From NCBI GenBank assembly GCA_963514005.1, contig OY740808.1, positions 12,648,001 through 12,712,000 of the forward strand: a stretch of 64,000 nt of DNA, read 5' to 3'. The notes beneath the pieces are model-generated. The model saw only the letters and a list, made by a program, of their open reading frames with translations, did not search any database and was not told where the DNA came from. The DNA comes from Raja brachyura (taxonomy: Eukaryota). Below, piece by piece: positions 36,268 through 48,020 of the stretch; within the stretch, counting starts at the first letter, position 1, and each line of letters begins with the position of its first letter. The position numbers were made by a program, and so were the translations under genes.

Positions 36268-38547
36268 ACTTATGTTCCTCCATATACATACCCCAACCCC
36301 CGCTCCCGTCACCAAACCCCCCCTCCATCTACCACCCACCCGGTTGCAATGCTCCACCTGAATTCACGCTAATTTCACGCGCATGACAATCCGTTTGAAG
36401 TAAGATCCCGACCCTAACCGTCGCTTCTCCATATGTCTCAATGATGTTATCTGACACGATGAATTAGCAAATTTCAACCAGTTGGCCGGTGAGCCTTAAC
36501 TTTCGCGAGTTCTCTGATTATGTGGCTTGACGCTACTGTTTGGAGCATTTAATAATACATGTGAGCTATTCGTCTCTTCTCTATTATAGAAAATATATTG
36601 ATAGATAATCCACACAATGAACACACTGCACTGGTGAAACCTCGCCCCTCCCGTCTATAATCACGCAGTTTGCTCCTTTGGCTTTTATCTCGAGTAGATC
36701 AAACCAGCTACACGCGGAGAGCGAACCATCCTGCAAATCGAAAGGTTTGTTTAATATTTGCCCCACTGAATTACCTACAGGCGAAATAAATTAAAGATCA
36801 TTGTACGTTGTATTCGTACAAATGAATCGTAAATTCATGTTAATGCTCTGTGTATTGGGATAAATGGTGTTGTGGCGAAGCACTCTCTACCTCCCGACGG
36901 TATGTGAATGGATCCTCCTGGTCACAGACTCTTTGAGACTCCTTTCTTGACGACTATTGGGAATTTGCCGCCCAGTTTTGCCGAAGACGCAGACGAGTTT
37001 GAAAATTAAAAAACACGTTATTTTGGTTGAAACATTGTCTTTTCACATTAAGCGGAAGAAATATTGTGCCGATTTCTAATCATTATTTTCTGTCAGCGTG
37101 CTATTCTGCTAATTCTTTCCGTTACTGCCATGTTTCACTTTATAACATCCATTCCGAGAAAGGAGACGTCCTTCTGGTATCCTGTGTTTTATTACAAGTA
37201 CATACTTCTCCTACCAGATTCATCGGCAGTGCTTTCATTGCATTAACTATATCCAGACAGGAGAGGTCTAGATTGAAACCGGGCAAATTGGAGGAGCTTC
37301 GATGGGTGTATTGAATGGCATGAACTGTTTGAACTATGTTTTTACGCTGCATAACTATGACTGTATGATTCCTTCAAAATGTATTTTTACAAATATACTA
37401 TGTCCTTGGTTCTCACAGGCGATGATCATCTTCGTATTCCCTCCTCCTAAGCCCAACACGGGACCTCCGCATAATGAAAATATAGGCAATCCTAAAGATG
37501 TTAACTACCATGCAAATTATTGTAAAGTAAATTTAAACGTGCGTGTAGCAACAATAGCGTATTAGCCGGACATAGTGGTGGCCGTTCCCTAATTATTTGA
37601 TCAATCGAGCTTATAGCCACAGCGCTGTAAATAACTGAGTGTGATGTGCACAAAATTATACTGCACCTGCTCTGTGTACCTTCCGTGGATTCTATCTCTT
37701 CTGCTGTATTAAAAACATGTTATCTGGATCGATTGAATTTTATTGACTAGTTAATCTTCAGTTTTTTTGTTATTGAATCGAGTCGCATTGGCTGATTGTA
37801 AACGTACAAATGGATTGTGTTAAAATGTCAATGAGCAGAAAGTATTTATTTAAGAAATAATCTTTGGAGGTATTTGGAGCGAATTTAAATCTCTGGACGA
37901 ATAGGAGAATGCGATGGAGGGAAAATAACATTGTAGTTCTTTTTCCTATTAAGACTAAGTGTTCGGTGCATTCACTGCTTCACCTGTGTTGACAGAACAT
38001 GTTGGCAGGGCTGCTATCAAACTGATGTTGTTTAATGACTGCCATCGTCAACTACCTTTCCCACATTTCCTGGTACCCACAGTCGTACGCGGTATCGCAT
38101 TACAACTAACCGAAGCTGATTATAATTACAGGATTCAAATTAATCATCCACTGTACATTGGGTGGAGATCGGTACCAAAGAAAAAAGGGTGGAAACATCA
38201 AAAGTATTCTAATTCCGGGTCAACATATTTTGCATTAGAAAAAAAAGGATATTGCATTGCATTTAAGTATAGTTTCTTTATTTTCGCAAAGGCTGCAAAG
38301 AACACTATTGGTATTTTCCAAGTATTTGGATGCACTAAACTCATATTAATTAAACTTGAGGCTGTAAATAGTACTGGTATTTTGTCGACAGAATAGCTGT
38401 AAAGTGAGCAAGTCATAAAAAATAAGCTTTACGTGCGAAATATATGTGGTAAATGTAATACTCCGGAGACCAATACATTTCGACATTGCATCAAATAAAA
38501 GAAAATAATCATGATAAACAAACTCTCTCGATTAACAAATTTCCATT

Positions 38548-38870
38548 TCACATACAGCTGGATTTCGCGATATCCACCCGAATTGGGTTTGCCTGAGTCT
38601 CGTGTTTAACCACACAGGAGTACAGCTCGTGTAATTTCCAGTCTGAGACTGGTAGAGTCAGGTAACTGCTCGCACTGAACGTGTTGTCCGTCTCCTGCTG
38701 GATCCGGCTGGTCTCAACGCCATCACTTTTCGCACTGCCGTCCACAGTCCACTGAATTTCCACAGCACCCGGATTAAACCCGCTCACCAAACACACCAGG
38801 GTGGCGGTGCCCTTTACTCTCATCTCATCTGCTGAAGGGGGTAAAACGGATGCGGCAGGGGGACGAGGAT
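38548..38870 (-). CDS. IGLC: IgL cluster 4, constant exon (lambda / type II-like)
   Basis: CAG acceptor at 38873-38871. PRPPAASVLPPS...ATLVCLVSGFNPG...YSCVVKHE...KSSCM*. AATAAA at 38282-38277. Confidence 0.96.
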
Positions 38871-40870
38871 CTGGTTTTAAAAAAAAGATCGCAGTTAAAT
38901 AATAATTGAAGCACTGTTTTCGGATCAAAGGTCAATGTAATAACCAATACGCCTGTACGTCCACCCGCTTCAAATTAATACTTTCGCATCGTGTATCTAG
39001 CTACTGAAATATAATTAACAATAATGATTTCGGAATAAATCAAACATTACCTTAATAAAATCTCAGTAATATGTAGGGAGAATCTGCAGATGCTGGTTTA
39101 TACCGCAGATAGACAAAATGCTGGAGTAACTCAGCGGGACAGGCATCAGAACTATTCTCGACTCGAAACGTCACCCATTCCTTCTCTCCGGAGATGCCGA
39201 TTCTCTGGTCCACTGAATTACTCCGGCATCTTGCGTCTTCCTTCGGTCTAATAAAATCTCATTTTACTTCATTCGCATAGTACATGAACAGGAGAGACTT
39301 GCATTATTTTTTAATCGCGTGAGACAAGAAAGGGATTGATCTCGATTTCCGTTGCGCTCTCACGCAAAGGTGGATTTGTGTACTTATTAGGCCGTTTGAG
39401 GAAAAACGGGCGGTCGGGTCCGTGCCAACTCGAAGCAGATAATTCAGTCATACTGCCCCTCCATTCTATGTCTATCTTCGGTATAATCCAGTTCCTTCCT
39501 CTCCATTATTTGACTGCAGTCTAGCAACTTCTCCAAATACCTCTTCTTTCGACAGTTTGCTGCAGTAATAGTTTACTTAGAGTTGCCAATTAGCCTTACA
39601 TCATGTCTTGGAGCAGTACAAGGAAATTGATTTTGTGACGAAATAACTTGCAAACCCAACAGACAGTACCCTAGGAGGGGATTGAACGCGGTCGCAAATA
39701 TTGGAGCTGTGAGGTAGCCTGCTGCACCGGGTTATACCAGTGATGTGTGCAGCGCTGTACACATTTAAAACTATAATCTTAGTTATATCTAACCTCATTC
39801 ATCTCTCGACGTGATGTTCCATCCTAAACGATCTGACATTTTTGAAAGGGAACTGCTTCTTTCATTGTCTGAATAGGGAAACAGTTCGGGCTGCACTATA
39901 TCAACCAGATATAGTACAGAACTACTATTAGCAACGCAACATATTTAACGTTTGCAGATGCGCATGATCACTATTGCAAAGGTTTATTGCTCTTTAAAGC
40001 TTTCGTCAGAAGACCATCAGATCTTTTACCTGGCCGAAGATTTGAAAAGACATTGACGCTAAAATATACAGTTGATTTTTTTAGATTACAAAAGTGATGC
40101 AGTGATCTTTTCATAGCTCACAGAGAGATTAGATGGTTCAGATTAAATCTTAAATTTCAGATATTTGAGAAAAAAACTTTCAATAGTAGAATAAAACCCT
40201 TTCTGATCAACAAAGAAAACCCTGTATATACTAGAAACCAGATATAAAAACTGAAGACGTTGGGGTTACCCAACAGAATAGGCAGCGTCAGGGGAGAGAA
40301 AACAGTTAACAAAACAGGCTAGCTCTGGGACGGGGTGATGGTGACTACAACCCGTATAATTGGATTTTTGAAATGCACGACTAGCTAATAATCTGGGGCA
40401 TTTTTGGGACGGGGTGATGGTGACTACAACACGTATAATGTGACTGGCTTCAAAGAGACTTGTCAAAATCATCAGGTTTGACTGGGGCTCATGCTCTCCG
40501 TAAATAGGTAAAATAATGATGTTTGTTCGGCAATGTCAACCCGATAATAAAGGGTGCAACTGGCTTTGTTCGATTGAATTTGTCCGAGCAAATGCTGAAA
40601 ATAACCTCCGTTAAACATATGACATGCATGACGGTGGTGTATCTACTAATAGCTAATGCAATCTATCTCAGGACCACTATGAATTTTGCATCAGGACAGA
40701 ATACAGTACAAATTTAAGAAAATAATGGATGATTCGGACGCAACCACAGATCGTCTGGGTGCTAACATTTTGTGCAGAAAATTCACAAAACCTCGCAGAA
40801 AGCTATTAGTTTTCACTTCCAATTACCGCCATTGAAACGGGAGAGGGCCAGTGGCGATGTCGAGAGGGAC

Positions 40871-40904
40871 TGGGGGGGAGGAGGGGGGGGGGGGGGGGGG
40901 GGGG
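40871..40904 (+). repeat. Poly-G tract in the cluster 4 J-C intron
   Basis: Long G runs ~150 nt from the J donor. Confidence 0.8.
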
Positions 40905-41052
40905 TGGTAAGGAGGCGTGGGAGCTTACAATAGAAGTACACGATTAAACATATGAAGGATAATCATCGATATTCTCACCTGATTGAAAGATAACGCAATT
41001 AATTATTGTTAATAAGAACTTACAGAACGTTAGAAATAAATATTTTACTTAC

Positions 41053-41400
41053 TGCCAACATCCACTCGTGTTCCTTTTGCAAATATTAAACCGCTTTTCC
41101 ACATAGCGCAGTAATAATCGGCAGCGTCGTCTGATTGAACGTTAGATAGTGTGAAAGTCCCCGTGTTGCCTGACACTGATCCGGAAAACCTCTCTGAAAC
41201 TCCCGGACCTCGACCAGGAGTGCTCTTGCTGGACCAATAATAGACTAAAAGCCGCGGAGTACGTCCAGCAATCTGCTGATACCAGTAAACGTTGTCATTC
41301 CCTAAAGTAGCGCCAGACATGGTGCATGTTAATTTTAAGTTCTGCCCCGGAGTGATGGACATCGAAAGCGGCTGGCTTACTGTAACTTCTGCGCGTAAAT
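41053..41400 (-). CDS. IGLV: IgL cluster 4, germline-joined VJ exon
   Basis: CAG acceptor at 41403-41401. Frame ...LKLTC...WYQQ...DAADYYCAMWKSGLIFAKGTRVDVG. GTAAGT donor at 41052-41047. Confidence 0.95.
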
Positions 41401-41515
41401 CTGGGAAAATAAAGAGCACAGTGATAACAATAATTTGTAATTTAAACACGAGAGAAACCTCCCGTTGAGAAGTACTCGAGGAGAAAACTAATTTTGATGG
41501 AAAAAAGGAACTCAC

Positions 41516-41564
41516 AAGTCGCGCAAAGAGCAAGCGCACAGAGTAGTCGGATCCAGTAAATCAT
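41516..41564 (-). CDS. IGLV: IgL cluster 4, leader exon (MIYWIRLLCALALCAT)
   Basis: ATG at 41564, 49 nt, GTGAGT donor at 41515-41510. Confidence 0.92.
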
Positions 41565-41629
41565 TGTATTTTACGGACTGGAGTTCAGGCAAGGCAACAG
41601 TTTCCCAGTGGTTCTAACGTATTCTAGTC

Positions 41630-41701
41630 TCGCTTTTGAATAGTACGGCGAGGTGTCACCTTATTAATGCAAATGATATTGCTGCTTGCCGCCAATCAGA
41701 A
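41630..41701 (-). promoter_or_regulatory. IgL cluster 4 promoter with canonical light-chain decamer/octamer
   Basis: Minus-strand TCATTTGCAT at 41676-41667, ~100 nt upstream of the ATG. Also TCGCTTTTGAA 41630-41640, GTCACC 41655-41660, CGCCAATCAGAA 41690-41701. Confidence 0.8.
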
Positions 41702-43734
41702 ATGTTTCCCTGTGACCTACTCGAACCGGAATAGGTTTCGAATTCTGTATTTCTGGTTGCTTCGATACATTTTTAAAAGATAAAACATAATAAGGAATAT
41801 AGAACATTATTGTTTAATTTTCCATTCTTATACATCTATTCCCATGGTGCTGTTATGGAAGATAGGGATCCACGAGCTTATTCAGCAAATGTCCGGTCAA
41901 AGTAAAAAGCTAGATTTTCTTACTCTGACGATTCGCATATTGGATGAGACATCATTGCAGATTGCGGTTCTGAGGTTTACAGTCATTTTGTCCTTGCCGA
42001 AGGTGAACAGGCCCCGCGGAGGCTATCAAGTCCATGCCGTCTCTCAAGTACTCATCTACATTAATCCTATTTTTCTGCACTTGGACCGTTGCTTTTACTC
42101 TCACTTCACAGAAACATCAGGTTGAACATTATACAATAGTATCGAGCTGTGACTTTGGTGCACAAATGCAACGATGTATATTGTCCACTTTGACCGTACT
42201 GTCGTGCAGCAAACCATGACCCAATATGCGCCTGCAATATCGGTCCTTGGAGAAAACGCATACATCATACCATAGCATTTGATGTCAGTGAAAACGAAGA
42301 TAAGTCTAACTGACGTGGTGCTGGTAACTTTATTTTACCCAACGGAAGAAAGTCTGGTGCCTCTGCTTTAAATACGAGGACCTGAAATGCCATAAAGTGT
42401 GATTCCTATACTGGATCAGCATTGCAAGATTAATAAATAAACAATAATATTACATATACGTTGTATATATTTAAAATATAGCACAAGCCGATCGCTTCGG
42501 GTGATGTGCGCGAGCAGGGGGCTCCAAATACACCTCAATAAATGCCGACATGTACTGCATACCAAGGCTTCTGCCCGCTGTGCTCTGATTCCAAGATTCA
42601 AGGACAAATATTTTCTACCTTTTCATCGTGTTAATATATGAGTTCCAATCATGATATTCAGAAATTCTTTGGGGTTTTTTAGACACGTGTTAGGTATGAC
42701 CTATTGGCAGAAATGAAATACGCGAGCGATTCAACAGACACAGGTCACAAAAAAGCGGCGCTACTTTTGCAAGGGTCTCTGAGAACGGTTATGCAGACTT
42801 CCATATAAATTACAAGCATCAAATTTACGTTTACATTCTTATTCTCAGGAAAATACTTACCTGTTTGTGAATACAGTAGGACAAACCTTCAAAGATTGTA
42901 TTTATGGTATTGAGGGTATTAAATAGGCACATAGGCATACACGTTTCATCCCAGATTAAAGGGATTTATCAGAGGGTATCTTTCGCACAATGGAAAACAT
43001 GTTAAATTGGTAAATCCGCAAAATGACATAATGTGAACGTGGCGCGTATATTAAGTTCGAGCCGTGGCGCCTTAAACACTGAGTGCATCATGGAAATACA
43101 CCGAAGAATTAATCTTCAAGACATGCAATTAAATAAAACATGTAATCGTTAGTAAGCATCGGGTGATGAATAGGTTGCACCAGGCCATTAATATCCAAAT
43201 CGTGGTCTATCCATATTCTTCAGGGATGCTTCCTGACTTGCTGAGGTGCATCAGCATCTTGTATCTTGTAATTTGTAAACCACCATTTGTAGTTCATTGT
43301 CTCTACTTTTGTTTTAAGCCTTTTCCTGTTGTGTTAGTCAAGATTCCAACACAGGTATTAATATGTGTAAAAACACAATGGAGAATTCAGACACAAAGAA
43401 AAATGAGGAAGAGAATTGGTAACTGGAAGACACAAATAAATTCTCTGAAAATGGCCACAGTAGCAGAAATCTACCCAGCACATATGATAAGAAAATAAAG
43501 CTGAAACTGATAAACGAGGACAAAGAATGTGAGAGGCCTGCTGCACTAAATGGGAAACGCATTTCTATTCATAAATAAGAAGTTGCAGCCTTTGCCCCAA
43601 CATAAACAAAGCGTTTTATTAAAGTATGATGGGGTGAAGCACACAAAGAACGCACTTACATCTTCGCATGCGCTGTAACTGTAAAATAAAAAAATAGTTA
43701 GCACCTTTTGCAAAAATGAAGGTTAACTTCGTCG

Positions 43735-43865
43735 TGTGTATAGGAAGGAACTGCAGATGCTGGTTTAAACCGAAGATAGTCACAAAAAGCTGGAGTAACA
43801 GCGGGATAGGCAGCATCTCAGAAGAGAAGGCATGGGGGACGTTTCGGGTCGAGCCCCTTCTTCAG
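43735..43865 (-). mobile_element. Short hammerhead-motif repeat, long-tail variant
   Basis: Minus strand CTGAAGAAGGGGCTCGACCCGAAACGTC at 43865-43838, followed by the family body and the TTTAAACCAGCATCTGCAGTTCC tail. Confidence 0.75.
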
Positions 43866-44244
43866 AGGTGATCCTTTCCACGACCTTGCAAAGTTATTTT
43901 TTACTGCAACGGCCTGACTCCCAATAGTATATTTCTATTCAAACAAAGGTAATGAGGCAAGAATCACCAACGAAATACAGATTTATAAGCATGGCAGGGA
44001 GAAGAGGAACAGAGCGAAGGCGATAATTGTATTGTAATAGTTTGAGAAAAAATCATTGCCACCAGATATATATAATTTAATAACGATCAACCGAAATACA
44101 TTTGTTAAACATATGTTGATGATGCCGATCTTTCTGAATCATATTGCAGCTGCACTTATGCAGAGAGCCAAAGGGTATTCAATTTCAGTTGGATTGTGTA
44201 TTTTTTAAATATACACCTGCCATAAGGTCATAAGGTCATAAGAG

Positions 44245-45560
44245 TCCGTTATAAAACGTGAGTTTACGGAGTACTTGGAAGTTCACGATAAATTAGGCCG
44301 AAGTCAGCATGGCTTTGTGAATGGAAAGTCTCACATGACAAATTTGCTGGAATTCATTGAAGAAGTAAATAGCAGGATATACAAAGGAGAGTCAGTAGAT
44401 GTGTTTAATTCGATTTTGTAGAAGCCTTTGATAACGCGCCACACGTTAGGCTGCAGAGGAAGATGAGAGTCGACGTATCAAAGGATAGCAGGTTGGCTGG
44501 ATGGCAGAAGACAACGAATGGCAATAAAGGGGGCTTTTTCTGGTTGCTTGCAGATGACTAGTGGAGTTCCGCAAGGGTCGGTGCTGGGCCGCTAATCTTT
44601 TCGTTCTATAGTAATAATTTGGACGAGGGAATTGAAGGCTTTGTGGCCAAGTTTGCGGATGATACAAAAATAGGTGAAGGGGACGGTTGTGTAGAGATAG
44701 TAGGGATTCTACAGAAGGACTTGGCAGGTTGGGAGAGTGGGCAGAGAAGTGGGAGATGGAATATAGTGTAGCAAAGTGTGGAGTCATGCATTTTTGTAAT
44801 AGGATTAAAGGCATAGACTATTTTCTAAATGGGGTGAGAATCCAGAAATCGGAGGTGCAAAGGGACTTGGTAGTGCTGGTGCAGTTCATCTGCAAGTCGA
44901 ATCAGTTGTAAAGAAAACAAACTCAATGCTAACATTTATTTCAAGACGGCTCATATATAAAACAGAAATGTCATGTTGAGGCTCTATAAGATGCTGATAA
45001 GGCCACATTTAGAATATTGTGAGCAATTTTGGGCACGATATCTGAGGGAGGATGTGCTGGCTCTGGAAGGTCTGGAGGAGGTTTGCAAGAATAATCCCAG
45101 GAAATAGTAGGTTAACCTATGTTGAGCATTTGCAGGCACTGGGCCTTACATGCTGGAGTTTAGAAGAATGAGGGGGGACCTCATTGAAAAGTACAGAATA
45201 GGGAAATGCTTGGATAGAGTACACGTGGAGAGGAAGTTTCCACCAGTGGGAGTCTAGGACTAGAGGTCTTAACCTCAGAATTAAAGCACGTTCTTTTAGA
45301 AAGGAGGTGAGGTGAAAGTTATTTACTCAAAGGGTGGTGAATCTGTGGAATTCCTTGCCACAGAAGGCTGTGGAGGCTGTCTGTGGATATTTTTAAGGCA
45401 GAGATCGATATATTCTTGATTAGTACAGTGTTTGAAGTTATGTTGAGAAGGCAGGAGAATAGGGTTAAGGTGGAGAGATAGATCAGCCATGATTGAATGG
45501 CAGATTAGACTTGATAGGCCAAATGGCTTAATTCTACTCCTATCCCTTATGATCTTATTG
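44245..45560 (+). mobile_element. CR1 LINE, (CTTATGAY)n-tail subfamily, decayed
   Basis: RT-region nucleotide motifs ([22 protein letters not shown]) and the 3' hairpin. Confidence 0.88.
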
Positions 45561-46091
45561 CATGTGTAAATTTTACAAATGCAAAATTCAACTGTACTTG
45601 GCTACCCTTCGTCTCTTCTGATGTGCAGCTGCAATATGATTCAGAAAGAATGGCATCATGAAGGAAAAAATGGCTTAATGGATTAGTGATTCATCTACCA
45701 TTCACATCCTTCACCACAAACACAACATATATAGAACAAACAACATAGAATCGCACAGCACTGAAACAAATCTGCGGCAATACAAATCGTTGAAGTAACT
45801 CAGTTAATGGAAAATGTAATGCCTATTAGAAGAAGCATGATAAGAAAATAATGGGGAAACAAGCAACAGCAAACCTAGGAAAGACACAAAATTCTGGAGT
45901 AAACCAGCAGTAGATGCAGCACTCCCTGAGAACGTGGACAGGTAACGTTTCGGCCCTGATCTCTTTTTCAGACCTGAAGAAGTTTCTCGACCCGAAACAT
46001 CATCTATCAATGTAGTCCAGAGATGCTGCTTGCCCCGCGGAGTTACTCCAGCACTCTGTGTCCTTTTGTTTAAATCTGTATCTGTTTTTTT

Positions 46092-46570
46092 CCGATATGG
46101 CCACATATACATCAGTGAAACCAAAGCAGATTAGGTGACAGCTTTGTCGGGCATCTGCTCTCAATCCGCTGTGGCCACGGTTATCACGGTTATCAGTCAT
46201 TTTAATTCTCCATCGCATTTCCACAAGGATTTTTCTGTCGTCCACGTCCGGAGTGAAGCTAAAGTCAAACTGTTGCAACAGGAGCTCGTATTCCATCGGG
46301 TAGTCCACAACCCAACGGTTTGAACATTGAATTTTCCATTTTACGATTACCCTAAACACTGCTACCCCTTTCCATCTCATCGTATCTATCCCAGCCCTTT
46401 CTGACACCTCCTATTCCCACCTCAGCCCCCAGTTCTCTGCCGGGCTGTTTCTTCCTCCACCCCTGCACCCTCCATCACCTTCCCCCATTACTCCCCTTCC
46501 CGTCCCTCTTCAATTCCCAGCTACCAACCTTCCACATTTTGTTCCATTCCTCGCCTTCACTTCCTTTCAG
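46092..46570 (+). mobile_element. Decayed Penelope-like GIY-YIG C-terminus and pyrimidine-rich 3' UTR
   Basis: HIYISETK...SHFNSPSH...SEAKVKLLQQELVF similar to ORF 32613-33284. Confidence 0.7.
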
Positions 46571-46574
46571 ATGA

Positions 46575-48020
46575 CAGAATCTACAGATTTATTTCCATAT
46601 CATCTCACAGCCGTTGTTGACATCTTCACCCTTCCACCCAATCCCCCCAACTTGAATGTTATCCACCAATAAGCCCCTCCATTAAGCCTCTGCAGTCTCT
46701 TGTGCCATCGCCAATAAGTCAATGTTTTCCAGATGGCGAGTAGATCCGATACGGAAGAAGCTTCCTTCATATTTTCGCAACCACTGGTATATACTTTTCT
46801 GGTTTCTCTCCGATGTCCTTCAGAAACAGGGAAACACAATTGAGTGTTCTCCGGTTCTTTGGCACCTGGCCTATGGCTGAAGAACAAACAAAGGTCACCA
46901 CCAAAAACCCAGTATTCTACTTGCGTCTCTCAATAACGTGGGATAGATTCTATTAGGCCATGGTGACTTATCCAAGCTGATATTTTTCAAGAGACAACAA
47001 AATCATCCTTCTTGATGTCAAAATGCACTGGACTATTAACATACCTCTCCTTGATTTCGCTATCCTGCTTGTCCTTCTCGTTTAGCATTTCGCCAATTTC
47101 CTCAGGCTCCTTTGTCTTGAGTTGTCTTGCTATTTTCTTTGTAATATATGTATAAAATGTCTGACGTTTCTCTTCAATCCTACTCATTGCCTGCTATTGC
47201 CTTCTTGGCTCTTCTAATTCCCTGTTTACGTACGCTCCGTTTGCTGTATCTTCTTCAATGGCACAGATCGACTTCAGCTTCCTAAACCATTCACTTGCGT
47301 CCTTTTCTTTTTTTTTTTGCAACATCTCTCTTCATCCAAGGTCGCAAAACAGTCCCATACTTGCTGTTCTGAGGAACAAGCTAGTCCTGAATTATGACCA
47401 GATGGCCTTTTAAAACCTAACACGTGAGATGTGAATTTACCGAATAGAGGTTGCTGCTGAGTTTCTCTGGTACAGATGGCAGAGGGATCCTGGAGTGCAG
47501 GTGCATTTTTCATTGAACATGGAGTGGCTGACAGCTGGTCACATAGGCTTTTGGTAAATTAGCCATCAGTCAGAGTATTTAGTGTAGAAGCTGTGAGGTC
47601 ATGTTGCAGTTATATAGATGTTGGTGAAGCCGCATTTAGAGTATTGTGTTCAGTTCTGGGCACCATTCTGTAGGAAATATGGAAATAGTACAGAGAACAT
47701 TTGCGAGGACATTGCCAGGACTAGGGATCTAAGCTATACGGAGGGATTGAGTAGGCTGGGATACTATTCCTTGGAGCGAAGGAGGATGATATTATAGAGG
47801 TGTAAAAAATCATGAGTGGAATAGATCGGGTACATGCACAGAGTCTCAAGCTCAGTGTAGGTGAATCGAGAAACAGGGGACAAAGGTTTACGGTTAGGGA
47901 AAATATTTAATAGGAATCTGAGGGGTTAATGTGGGCGGGGGGGGGGGGGGGGGCTGGTTAGGCCCAGTGTGGGGAAATTGGGCCGTCGGGCCAGTTTCCA
48001 TACTGTTTGACTGCATGACT
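46575..48020. mobile_element. Decayed CR1 fragments (minus ~46575-47400, plus ~47460-48020)
   Basis: Similarity to CR1 ORF2 (e.g. HLEYCVQFWAP coding at ~47630). Confidence 0.65.

Noticed and set aside
33590-37950. Possible hidden V/J for the orphan C3
   Set aside because: No WYQQ, YYC, FGxG, leader or RSS recognisable on either strand; only TE scraps and unique non-coding DNA.
40326-40439. CRISPR-like repeat-spacer-repeat geometry
   Set aside because: Only two repeats, vertebrate intron, no cas genes; a local duplication explains it.
40871-40904. Poly-G as a switch-like or G-quadruplex AID target
   Set aside because: The G-rich strand is the template strand of the minus-strand gene, it is absent from other clusters, and similar homopolymers occur inside TEs (28702, 47935).
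41045-41539. 164-aa single-exon ORF for V4
   Set aside because: It reads through the leader intron from a non-ATG start; the spliced L+VJ model has canonical sites and matches the other clusters.
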